In this document: positions 10,611 to 22,594 of the stretch, piece by piece
How positions within the stretch are numbered: the stretch's first letter is position 1
Layout: every line of letters starts with the position of its first letter
Assembly: GCA_044225505.1 (NCBI GenBank)
Contig: JBGAIN010000023.1
Location: 1 to 64,000, forward strand
Length of the DNA: 64,000 nt
Origin: Limisphaerales bacterium
GTDB lineage: Bacteria > Verrucomicrobiota > Verrucomicrobiia > Limisphaerales > SIBE01
Direction: 5' to 3'
Notes under the pieces: generated by a model
Databases searched by the model: none
What the model was told of the DNA's origin: nothing
The model's input: the letters and a program-made list of their open reading frames with translations, nothing else
Made by a program: the position numbers and the translations under genes

Positions 10611-10775
10611 ATGCTGAGTTGGGCTATCACATTTCTCGTTATCGCGATCATCGCTGCCGTCCTCGGCTTTGGGGGCATTGCGGGAACAGCCGCAGGCATA
10701 GCCAAGGTGCTCTTCTTCCTGTTTTTGATTCTGTTTGTTGTCTCATTGTTTTTTGGGCGAGGACGGGCCGTTTAA
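10611..10775 (+). CDS. DUF1328 (YtjA/UPF0391-like) small membrane protein, 54 aa
   Basis: Below the ORF-track cutoff. Read by hand: [54 protein letters not shown], preceded by AAAGGA. Confidence 0.92.
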   Translation: MLSWAITFLVIAIIAAVLGFGGIAGTAAGIAKVLFFLFLILFVVSLFFGRGRAV

Positions 10776-10797
10776 CCACGACCTCCTCAGGGGCAAC

Positions 10798-10842
10798 AAT
10801 TGCCAGTGGCCCGCATCCGCCGGGCGACTGGCAATTTTTTTT
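10798..10842 (+). terminator. Intrinsic terminator after the DUF1328 gene
   Basis: AATTGCCAGT...ACTGGCAATT stem running into a T tract. Confidence 0.8.
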
Positions 10843-11103
10843 GTCGGAGTCTCGCTGGTGACATCTGTCACCAACGTCCCAAGTCACTGCACGGCAACAG
10901 GTCGTTTTTGAACCCGGGGGCCACGACCACGTCCGCTTCACGGATGCGGCGAGGTGCAGGATGGTTGGAACGACCGGCCCAAAGGAAAACGAATGCTCTT
11001 GCCCGGTCCGTGAACTCTGGCATAGTAAAGACCGCTCTGGAAACGCTGGAGAACAAGAAGCTCACTGGAGCTTCCTTTCCAACGAGTTCGGATCGGACTA
11101 TTT

Positions 11104-11188
11104 GCCCGCGTGGCGGAATTGGCAGACGCGCTAGATTCAGGTTCTAGTGTTTAACGACGTACAGGTTCAAATCCTGTCGCGGGCACCA
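11104..11188 (+). tRNA. tRNA-Leu (anticodon CAG)
   Basis: GCCCGCG acceptor stem / CGCGGGC-ACCA, D-arm TGGCGGAATTGGCAGACGC, anticodon stem CTAGA-TTCAGGT-TCTAG, long variable arm, T-loop GGTTCAAATCC. Confidence 0.96.
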
Positions 11189-11465
11189 CTCTTCCTTTAC
11201 TTCCTTTAAATTCTTAGACTCAGGTCCAAGACCTGGGAAAGAAGCAGCTTGGCTTGCTACGGGCTGGAGAATCCATCGTCGTGGTGTGTAACCTCGAACA
11301 TTCGCGCAGTCTTCGCCGGGTTGCGTCTCTCAAAAGTCTTCGATTACGAAAAAATAATCCGTTGATTAACCGTCGTCATGGGCTCGTCCACAAGTCCGAG
11401 ACAAAGGATTCTCAACCGCCTACGCGAAATCCAGCGGGTCTGACGCGACCAGCCTTCCTCAAGGT

Positions 11466-12944
11466 TTATTCGACCTCCACCCAGCGAATATCCCAAGGTT
11501 TCAAGGCCAGCGACACTGTGGAGAGTTCTTCAGCCCGGCCGAATTGAATCACTTTGATATTGTTGACAGGCGCGGACGAGTCGAGCTGCACGACGCGATA
11601 ATTGCGGCCGCGCACGCCGGACAGCTCAAGCTGGATTTGCCGTTCTTCCGGCCCCCCGTCTTCATAGCGCCAGAGCAAGACATGTTTGTATCCGTCGCCA
11701 TCCCCGGCCAAGGCACGGATGTTCTCCGCCTCGCCCGCAATCGGGTAGCTAGGCCCTTGAAGCTGGCCGAGCAGGCGAAACGCATACCACGCCGGACGCA
11801 CCCGACCGTGATGATCAAAGAGCGCGCTGTATTGCGGCATCGTGTTCCACCAGTGCGCCATGAAACGGCGCCCGCCCGGGGACATCCAATCAAAATCCGC
11901 CGGATCGACGAAGCAATCCCGGATATGGTAATAGGCGGCCATATCCAAATGCGCCTCGGCATAACGCCGCATGGTTTCCAACACGAAGCACGGTTGGAAA
12001 CCTGGCGCCAGGTTCGGGCGCATCAGATCCATGTTCCATTCCGAAATAAAAAGCTGCACGTGCTGCAGTTGCGGGTATTTCGCCAAGCGCGCCCTTTGTT
12101 TGGCAATATTGCCAGCGTGCGCCGCGGGCGAATCCGAGTAGAGGTGCCATGACAGGAAGTGCAACGGCACGTTTTTTGTCGCGCAATGTTCGATGAGACC
12201 GGTCACCAACATACTATCGGCGCTGGCCACCGCAGGTCCGCCCACCTTGGCGGCGGGATCGCCGCGGAGCAATCCGACCACGGTATGGTCGTAGAACGTA
12301 TTGTAATCTTCCGTCGTGCGAAAAAACTGAGGAGTGCCACCGGATTCGCCGATGTCAGGTTCATTGCACACCTCCCACGCCGCCACCTTGAACCCTGCTT
12401 CCTGGCAGTGTTTTGCCAGGGCCTCGCAAAGGCGTTCCCATTCGCCGTAATCGTTCGGATGCACCGCGAAGTGATCCACTTTCGGAAATAATACGGGCGG
12501 TTTCATGGCCAGCGCTAACGTTGGTCGCGCCCCCACCGCTCGCACCGCGCGCAACTCGCGGTCGAGCTTGGTCCAATCGTAAACGCCGTGATTCGGATAG
12601 ATCCGATAATATTCACTGAGAAACAGGCGGATGGTCGCGGGACGGAGCTGCCGGAGCTCTTTGATATGCGGCTCGATCATCGGGTCGGACTGCAATCCTC
12701 CTTGCCCAAGGGCTAGCGCGGGCATGTTCCAATTCCCGTCTGGCTTGGCGAAATCCACGCGCAGCCGCACAGGTTCCGCGCTAGCGCCCCAAACCGAACA
12801 CCCGTGCAGAGTACTCACGATGATGCTGCTCGAAATCAAGAAAGAGCGGAGACGTTTTGGGACGTTGCGGCGGGGTTGTGGGGCTCGAGTGGGCTCAGTT
12901 TTATCCAAAGCGGATAGCCGTCGCCAGAGATTCAAGGAGGGCAT
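11466..12944 (-). CDS. Glycoside hydrolase family 39-like (GH-A clan) secreted protein
   Basis: WEVCNEPD acid/base motif, KVGGPA, FLSWHLY and ISEWN nucleophile. The start is uncertain because the ORF extends to 13082 through repeat-like DNA. Confidence 0.75.
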   Translation of the reverse strand: MPSLNLWRRLSALDKTEPTRAPQPRRNVPKRLRSFLISSSIIVSTLHGCSVWGASAEPVRLRVDFAKPDGNWNMPALALGQGGLQSDPMIEPHIKELRQLRPATIRLFLSEYYRIYPNHGVYDWTKLDRELRAVRAVGARPTLALAMKPPVLFPKVDHFAVHPNDYGEWERLCEALAKHCQEAGFKVAAWEVCNEPDIGESGGTPQFFRTTEDYNTFYDHTVVGLLRGDPAAKVGGPAVASADSMLVTGLIEHCATKNVPLHFLSWHLYSDSPAAHAGNIAKQRARLAKYPQLQHVQLFISEWNMDLMRPNLAPGFQPCFVLETMRRYAEAHLDMAAYYHIRDCFVDPADFDWMSPGGRRFMAHWWNTMPQYSALFDHHGRVRPAWYAFRLLGQLQGPSYPIAGEAENIRALAGDGDGYKHVLLWRYEDGGPEERQIQLELSGVRGRNYRVVQLDSSAPVNNIKVIQFGRAEELSTVSLALKPWDIRWVEVE

Positions 12945-13062
12945 AGGCCGATCCTTCCATAGTTTAGCGGATGCGTCGAGTGTGGCGGACCGTGTGAGTG
13001 CCGCCGGACACGGTTGAAGTTGCGACCATTCGCGGTCGAATTGTGCGATCTCCGCGCGAAAA

Positions 13063-13146
13063 GCTGTGGAGGGCCACAGCACTCCAAAACCTGACGGAGC
13101 GCAGACGCGTTAACGGTTGCGCGACAGCGTATTGAAGTGCGGCAGC
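13063..13146. repeat. Degenerate REP-like palindromes
   Basis: GCTGTGG-AGGG-CCACAGC hairpin followed by ACTCCAAA, and a near-inverted copy TTGAAGTGCGGCAGC at 13132. Confidence 0.45.
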
Positions 13147-13348
13147 TTTCTGCCCTTGTGCGAGGCGCGCCCGTCGGCCTGGGCTCAGCCTCTCGTCGTT
13201 CGATTATAACAGGGATTTGACACGGATTCTGTCCGAGTTAAATCCGTTTTCTCTCCCTGTAAGCTCCGTGTCTGAAAGCAATGAAGAAGGGTAAACCTTC
13301 GTCGAGATTACGAGTTAACTTTCCCCCCGCCGCCGACCGACCGTTCCT

Positions 13349-14245
13349 CTACTTAGCAATACGGTAGAATTCCTGCGCTCCGCCCACTGGAAGCGTCAAC
13401 GTCACATCAGCGCCGTTGCTCGTTTGTTCCGGGGTTCGGCTCGACCAGGCATTCAGATCGGATGAACTCTCCAATCGTGGAGCAGTTCCTCCGTCCGAAA
13501 CTGTCATCACGACTTTCCCATTGATGATCTTGATTGAGCCGAAGCTCGGAGCGGCGGACCCGGCAGCCTCGGTGGCGATCAGTTTCCCGATTAAATGAAC
13601 GGTGCTGTCGTTGTCCGAGAGCGCTTTGAAGTGGAACTCGGTGTCGACTTGGATGGTTAACGTTCTCGCGCCAGCCGCGCCGCTCAGCGTGGCGCCATTG
13701 ACAATCTTGTTGGTCGAGATGCCGCTGAGGGCGATGCCGTTCTTGCCGAGAAACCCTGCGTCATAGTCGAAGGACGCGATCGAGTTGGAAGGAAATCCAA
13801 ACTGGAGGGCGGAGGCATCAAATTGGCCGCCAGTGATGGGCAGCGTGCTGCTAGTGAGATCGAGGACCAAGTCGCGCAGAGCGCCTTGGATGGTCCCTAA
13901 AATCGTGCTGGCTTGGGCGGCGTAGGCTGCCGGGGCTGTTCCTGATCCGCCCTTGGGGCCTGGTTTCCAAACTCCGTTTGTCCGCGCCGTGAGGGTGCTC
14001 CCGCCGGTGAACTGAATGCCTGCGGCTGTGATGTCGGCATTGATCTTGCCAAAGAACGTTGTGGAGAGGCTGCCTGCTCCTTGTTCTTTCAGAGTATTGT
14101 TCGCCACACTCCCGGAGAGGCTTATTTGGCTCTGAGCTTCATCCAGAGTGAACTCCGTTGCCTTCAGTGAGGCTGAGAACAGCGTGAAAGCGACGATGAA
14201 AGTGGAAGTGAATGCAAGGTGCCGACTGGAATTTATGGTCTTCAT
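13349..14245 (-). CDS. Secreted beta-rich hypothetical protein with a Verrucomicrobia-type C-terminal domain
   Basis: Signal peptide, Gly/Ser/Thr-rich body, C-terminus LESSSDLNAWS...QEFYRIAK. Confidence 0.75.
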   Translation of the reverse strand: MKTINSSRHLAFTSTFIVAFTLFSASLKATEFTLDEAQSQISLSGSVANNTLKEQGAGSLSTTFFGKINADITAAGIQFTGGSTLTARTNGVWKPGPKGGSGTAPAAYAAQASTILGTIQGALRDLVLDLTSSTLPITGGQFDASALQFGFPSNSIASFDYDAGFLGKNGIALSGISTNKIVNGATLSGAAGARTLTIQVDTEFHFKALSDNDSTVHLIGKLIATEAAGSAAPSFGSIKIINGKVVMTVSDGGTAPRLESSSDLNAWSSRTPEQTSNGADVTLTLPVGGAQEFYRIAK

Positions 14246-14480
14246 CTGGTTTAGCCATGATCCTTTTCGCAGAATCCGGCCCGACTGTGAAGCTCAAATG
14301 AGGAATTCTCGCGTGGATTCGGGGCAGCTCTGCCTGTCCTGCCGGGCGCAGACGCTAACCGACGAGATTGGTTATTGTGAACAAGGAACGCATTATGACA
14401 AATGCCGCCGCCTGCGTTTGGCGTGCCCTCAGTAGGACGCCCCCGAATGCGAATCTCCGGGCTTCAACGAACCCCGGTCA

Positions 14481-15941
14481 TCACGCGATGATCTTCTCCA
14501 CCAATTCGCCATGCACGTCGGTCAGGCGAAAGTCCCGGCCTTGGAACCGAAAGGTCAGCTTGGTGTGATCGAACCCGAGCAGGTGAAGAATCGTGGCGTG
14601 CAGGTCATGCACATGGACCTTGTCTTTGATGACGTGAAACCCAAGTTCGTCCGTCTCGCCGATGGTGATGCCCGGTTTGACGCCGCCGCCCGCGAGCCAA
14701 ACGGTGAAGGCTTGAGGGTGATGATCCCGGCCGAGCTTGCGACCGAAGTCGGCATTGGCTTCGACCATGGGAGTGCGGCCGAACTCTCCCCCCCAAATGA
14801 CCAAAGTGTCCTCGAGCAGCCCGCGCTGTTTGAGATCCTTGATCAAGGCAGCGCTGGCCTGATCCGTTTTGCCCGCCTGATCTTTGATGCCTTGGACGAC
14901 TTCGCTATGGTGGTCCCAACCCTCATGAAACAGCTGTACAAACCGAACCCCACGCTCCACTAATCGCCTTGCGAGCAGGCAGTTCATGGCAAATGACGGT
15001 TTGCCAGGCTCCGCCCCGTACATCTTGAGGGTCTCGGGAGACTCTTTGGAAACGTCCATCAATTCCGGCGCGCTGCTTTGCATGCGAAACGCCATTTCGA
15101 AAGAATTAATGCGCGTTGTAATCTCAGGATCGCCCGTGGCGTCGAGGCGCTGCTGGTTCAAGTCTTTGATCAAGTCCAACGTCCGACGCTGCATCGCGTC
15201 ACTGACACCCGCGGGATTGGAAAGGAACAAGACCGGATCGCCCGACTTGCGAAACGGCACGCCCTGATAGACGGTCGGCAGAAATCCGCTCCCATACAAT
15301 CCGGCGCCGCCGCTCAAGCCGCCCGCGGAATTGAGCACCACAAACCCAGGGAGGTTTTGGGCCTCACTTCCCAAGCCGTAGAGAACCCAGGCCCCCATAC
15401 AAGGACGCCCAAATTGGGTCGACCCGGTCTGCATGAGCACTTGTCCAGGCGCGTGGTTGAATGCGTCCGTGACCATGGATTTCACAATCGCCAACTCGTC
15501 CACCACACCGGCCAGGTGAGGAAGCGCTTCGGAAATCTCCGCGCCGCATTGGCCGTGCTTGGCGAACTTGAAGTCGCTGGCAAAAAGCGCGGCATCCGGT
15601 TTGATAAAAGCGTACTTCTGCCCCATGACCACTTCTTTGGGCACCGGTTTGCCATTGTATTTGGCCAAGGCTGGCTTGAGATCGAACAGGTCCAGTTGGC
15701 TGGGCGCACCTCCCATGAACAGGTAAATAACCCGTTTGGCGCGCGGGCGAAAATGGGGCGCTTTGGGCGCCATGGGATCGTTGGTTCTCGCCAGGCCCGC
15801 GCCGGCTGCGGCGCGACTGGATCCCATCAGAGTGGCGAGAGCGACCGCACCAAGCCCGACCGTGCAGTCCCGCAAAAACCAGCGGCGTGAAACCAGCTTG
15901 GCGTGCTCCGCTCGAAGTTCAGAAATGAGGTTACGGTTCAT
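14481..15941 (-). CDS. DUF1501 family protein (Tat-exported, sulfatase-like fold)
   Basis: SRRWFL Tat motif, [49 protein letters not shown]. Start at ATG 15941. Confidence 0.92.
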   Translation of the reverse strand: MNRNLISELRAEHAKLVSRRWFLRDCTVGLGAVALATLMGSSRAAAGAGLARTNDPMAPKAPHFRPRAKRVIYLFMGGAPSQLDLFDLKPALAKYNGKPVPKEVVMGQKYAFIKPDAALFASDFKFAKHGQCGAEISEALPHLAGVVDELAIVKSMVTDAFNHAPGQVLMQTGSTQFGRPCMGAWVLYGLGSEAQNLPGFVVLNSAGGLSGGAGLYGSGFLPTVYQGVPFRKSGDPVLFLSNPAGVSDAMQRRTLDLIKDLNQQRLDATGDPEITTRINSFEMAFRMQSSAPELMDVSKESPETLKMYGAEPGKPSFAMNCLLARRLVERGVRFVQLFHEGWDHHSEVVQGIKDQAGKTDQASAALIKDLKQRGLLEDTLVIWGGEFGRTPMVEANADFGRKLGRDHHPQAFTVWLAGGGVKPGITIGETDELGFHVIKDKVHVHDLHATILHLLGFDHTKLTFRFQGRDFRLTDVHGELVEKIIA

Positions 15942-15946
15942 GGCAA

Positions 15947-19087
<3,141 letters not shown>

Positions 19088-19221
19088 GGTGACCCTGGCA
19101 GTATGAGCTCGTCCGTGGGATCCGTCATCCAATTTCTCGCACGAATTCAATGGGAAATGCGTTACCGACCCTCTCCCTGCGCTTGGCTGACGACCCGCAG
19201 GAATGCCTCGGGCTGAACGCC

Positions 19222-19566
19222 TCACCCGTTGCCCTTGGGTCGCGTCGTCTCCAACTCGTGGAGCCGCTTTTCCAGTTGATCCATGCGATCCTGCAGCCGG
19301 TGAATCTGGTCGGCGCTTCCGGGCTCGTCGGGGCCCGGCAATCTCCGACCGGTTTTAACATCCCAAATACGCACGGAAGGGTCACGCCCCGTCGTGACCA
19401 GACGTCGGCCATCCGGACTAAACTGGACACTATAAACAGCATCGGTCACGGTCCCGGTTCCTTGCAGAACGGCGGAGGGCGGCGCCGAAACGATGTCCGA
19501 ACTGGGCGGTTTGTTACATCCTACGATCGACATCACGAGCAACAGACAAAGTGATAGATTTTTCAT
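19222..19566 (-). CDS. Small lipoprotein with one WD40 repeat and a C-terminal coiled coil
   Basis: Lipobox [30 protein letters not shown], heptad run [19 protein letters not shown]. Confidence 0.7.
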   Translation of the reverse strand: MKNLSLCLLLVMSIVGCNKPPSSDIVSAPPSAVLQGTGTVTDAVYSVQFSPDGRRLVTTGRDPSVRIWDVKTGRRLPGPDEPGSADQIHRLQDRMDQLEKRLHELETTRPKGNG

Positions 19567-19818
19567 GAGTGATTCTCGGAGATTTTTGTGTTGGAACGGC
19601 CTTGGAGATTAGCGCTGCGGCATCGGCTTGGCAATCCACAGGACGGGTCTGCAAGGCGTTTAAAGGCTCCGGGGGGCAGCCTGGAATGCGAAGGCAAGTG
19701 AGGCACGGGTTTCACCAGCGGAAGGCATGGCACACACCGTTCCACCCGGGCGAGCACTTGTCGCGGACCTCCAGGTGTGATCTATTCGTCAGGTAACCAG
19801 TTCGAACAGGATCTACTC

Positions 19819-20364
19819 ATGAATCTCTCAAAATTGTGCTTGGCCGCCTTTTTCACGCTCCTTCTCAGCGGCTTCGCCGGACAGGTCGAAGGAGCGGAAC
19901 CACTTAAGCCGGGCGATACCGCTCCGGAATTCTCATTGCAGGGAACCGATGGGAAAACCTACCGACTCTCGGAATTCAAAGGGAAGAAGGCTGTCGTGTT
20001 GGCTTGGTTTCCCAAGGCGTTCACCCCGGGCTGCACGGCCGAGTGCAAATCTTTGGGAGCGAACGGAAGCGAACTGGGTAAGTTTAATGCGGCCTATTTT
20101 ACGGCGAGCTGTGATGACGTAGAAACCAACAAGAAATTCGCTGAATCGCTCGGGTTGAACTATCCGATTCTGAGTGATCCGACACGGGAAGCGGCCAAGG
20201 CCTACGGCGTCGTCACCGGTGATGCGAAGAACGCTAAGCGGGTGACCTTCTATATCGGCCAAGAAGGCAAGATTCTCCTTGTGGACGATAAGGTAAAAAC
20301 CTCGTCGCACGGGTCCGACGTCGCGGCCAAGCTCAAGGAGTTGGGCGTGACGGAGAAGCCTTGA
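19819..20364 (+). CDS. Peroxiredoxin (BCP/PrxQ family), exported
   Basis: Signal peptide, GDTAPEFSL, FPKAFTPGCTAEC, LNYPILSD. Confidence 0.9.
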   Translation: MNLSKLCLAAFFTLLLSGFAGQVEGAEPLKPGDTAPEFSLQGTDGKTYRLSEFKGKKAVVLAWFPKAFTPGCTAECKSLGANGSELGKFNAAYFTASCDDVETNKKFAESLGLNYPILSDPTREAAKAYGVVTGDAKNAKRVTFYIGQEGKILLVDDKVKTSSHGSDVAAKLKELGVTEKP

Positions 20365-20397
20365 GACGCTGCGCGGGAATGGCTAGAAACTAGGGGA

Positions 20398-21168
20398 ATG
20401 AGCAGTTATGAGGCGCGATTTGGCGGCATTGCCAGACTGTTTGGCAGAAGCGGAATGGAAAAGCTCCGCGCCGCCCATGTCGCGGTGATTGGTCTCGGGG
20501 GGGTCGGGTCGTGGGCTACGGAAGCGTTGGCTCGCTCGGGAGTAGGCGCATTGACGCTGGTAGATCTCGATGATGTTTGCATCGGGAATACCAACCGCCA
20601 ACTGCACGCGTTGGACGGCGAGTTTGGCCGTCCTAAGGTCGAAGTGCTCACCCGCCGGGTTCGGGCGATCAACCCGGAGTGTATTGTTCACCCGTGTCAG
20701 TCGTTCTTCACCCGAACGACCGCGTCGGACATTCTCAAGACCCGCTTCGATTTCGTCCTCGACGCGATCGACAGCCCCTCCAAGAAATGTCTCTTGGTGG
20801 CGCGCTGCCGTGAGCTCCATATTCCAGTGATTGTCACGGGGGCTTCCGCAGGAAAACGGGATCTGCTCGCTGTTCGCGTGAAAGATCTCGCCTTCTCAAG
20901 CCACGATCGGCTTCTCCAGGAAGTTCGCAAGAAACTGCGCGTCCGTGATGGTTTCCCGCGCCAGCAACAGCCATTTGGCGTGCTCTGCGTTTATTCGGAT
21001 GAACCCCCCGTATTCGCCACGCCGGATGGCGCCATTACCACGGAAAGAGATCAAGTGCAGGATCTTCGGCTGGACTGCAGCAGCGGATTGGGCACGGCGA
21101 GCTTTGTCACGGGAACGTTTGGCCTGGTCGCCGCAGGGCAAATCGTGCGCCAGATCGCCGAAGCTTAG
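20398..21168 (+). CDS. tcdA: tRNA threonylcarbamoyladenosine dehydratase (ThiF/E1-like)
   Basis: RFGGIARLFG, VIGLGGVGSWATEALARSGVG, NTNRQLHAL, DAIDS, SFVTGTFG. Confidence 0.9.
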   Translation: MSSYEARFGGIARLFGRSGMEKLRAAHVAVIGLGGVGSWATEALARSGVGALTLVDLDDVCIGNTNRQLHALDGEFGRPKVEVLTRRVRAINPECIVHPCQSFFTRTTASDILKTRFDFVLDAIDSPSKKCLLVARCRELHIPVIVTGASAGKRDLLAVRVKDLAFSSHDRLLQEVRKKLRVRDGFPRQQQPFGVLCVYSDEPPVFATPDGAITTERDQVQDLRLDCSSGLGTASFVTGTFGLVAAGQIVRQIAEA

Positions 21169-21223
21169 TCAGCGGTAGACGTTGACGGGCAAGGCCGAAT
21201 CTCCGCAATATCCCCGCGAGATC

Positions 21224-21469
21224 ATGAAACGAAAGATTTTGGTTATTCTCTCCAATCGGCTCAATCGGAACCAGAAAGTCCGCTTCCTGGAGTTGGATTG
21301 CGACGATAAGGGAAACATTTTGAAAGAACATCCCTTGCGCGCCGAACCTCGCGAAGCGCGCTTTGACGAGGTATGGGAGAATGACGACGGCAAAACGGAA
21401 ATCTCCTCGTGCCACCGATTTAAGAGGAAATACCGTCACAAACTCGAGCGACCCAAGACGAAAGCGTGA
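21224..21469 (+). CDS. Hypothetical 81-aa protein with basic termini
   Basis: ATG at 21224 downstream of a TTGACG box; its stop overlaps the GTG of the next gene (GTGA). Confidence 0.65.
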   Translation: MKRKILVILSNRLNRNQKVRFLELDCDDKGNILKEHPLRAEPREARFDEVWENDDGKTEISSCHRFKRKYRHKLERPKTKA

Positions 21470-22452
21470 ACCTGCTTTTCATCGGCGGCACCGGGAATAT
21501 CTCTTCGGCCTGCGCCGCTCTTTTGCAGCAGCGCGGACACGAGATCTGGATTTTGAGCCGTGGCCGAAGGTCGGTTCCTGAGGGATACCAGGCTTTCGCC
21601 GCCGATCGAAATGACGCAGCGAGCGTTCGCCAAGCGTTAGGAAGGCTAAAGCCAGACGTCGTCCTAAACTTCATCGGTTACGAGCTGTCTGAGGTGCGGT
21701 CTGACTACGAGCTCTTTCGCGACGTTGGCCAGTACCTCTTCATCAGCTCTACCACCGTTTACGCTAAACCCCCGACTAGGCTGCCCATTCCAGACGATGC
21801 GCCATTGGGCAATGCTTTCTGGCCCTACGCGCAGAAGAAACAACTCTGCGAAGAATGGCTCCTGGAACAATGGACGCGCAACGGTTTCCCGGTCACGATT
21901 GTCCGGCCGTCCCTGACTTATTCGCATCGGTGGATTCCCAATCCCCTTTCCAGTTCAAGCTATACGTTTGCGAAGCGGCTGGAAGAGGGTAAACCGGTTT
22001 ACGTGCCGGACGATGGCGAAACGCCTTGGACCGTCACGGCTGCAGATGACTTTGCGGTCGGCTTAGCGGGGTTGGTCGGGCGAAGCGAAACCCACGGACA
22101 AGCGTTTCATATCACCAGCGATGAAGTGCTCACCTGGAATCGGATCACTGCCGAGATTGCCGCCGCCGTCGGAGCGACCGATCCGAAGATCCTCCAAATT
22201 CCGACTGATTTCATCTGCGATGTGGCGCCCCAGATGGTCGGAACGCTCAAAGGTGATAAGTCGCACCCTGGCGTTTTCGACAACCGCAAGATCAAGCGAT
22301 TTGTGCCGGATTTCGTTTGCCGGAAGCCCTTTCGGCAAGGAGTTCGAGAATCCGTGAATTGGTTGCGAGCGCATCCCGCGGAACAGAACTTGAATGCGCC
22401 TCTCGATGCTGTGTGCGACGCCGTTGTTCGCGCGTGGCAAAACAGGTCCTAA
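21466..22452 (+). CDS. NAD-dependent epimerase/dehydratase (extended SDR)
   Basis: IGGTGNIS nucleotide-binding motif, FISSTTVY, YAQKK. Confidence 0.9.
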   Translation: MNLLFIGGTGNISSACAALLQQRGHEIWILSRGRRSVPEGYQAFAADRNDAASVRQALGRLKPDVVLNFIGYELSEVRSDYELFRDVGQYLFISSTTVYAKPPTRLPIPDDAPLGNAFWPYAQKKQLCEEWLLEQWTRNGFPVTIVRPSLTYSHRWIPNPLSSSSYTFAKRLEEGKPVYVPDDGETPWTVTAADDFAVGLAGLVGRSETHGQAFHITSDEVLTWNRITAEIAAAVGATDPKILQIPTDFICDVAPQMVGTLKGDKSHPGVFDNRKIKRFVPDFVCRKPFRQGVRESVNWLRAHPAEQNLNAPLDAVCDAVVRAWQNRS

Positions 22453-22594
22453 GACGTCCGCCCTTTTCCCACTCCCAAACCGATGAGAGTCAAAGCGCGG
22501 CGGGGCTTTCCCCAAACGCGCTTTGAATGAAAGGTACGCTCTGCGGCTTGCCGCAGCGTCTTTCTCAGAGACCCTGCGGCGCCGTTCCGCATCG

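Noticed and set aside
11220..11248. TCAGGTCC...GAAGCAGC resembles the SRP (4.5S) RNA core
   Set aside because: The CC-GGAA-GG tetraloop stem is missing, and the bases instead form a local CAGGTC/GACCTG hairpin.
11104..11465. tRNA-anchored genomic island at tRNA-Leu or tRNA-Glu
   Set aside because: No integrase and no duplicated tRNA 3' end were seen in the window.
20020..20050. Possible selenocysteine in the peroxiredoxin active site
   Set aside because: The codon in TPGC is TGC (Cys), and there is no in-frame TGA.
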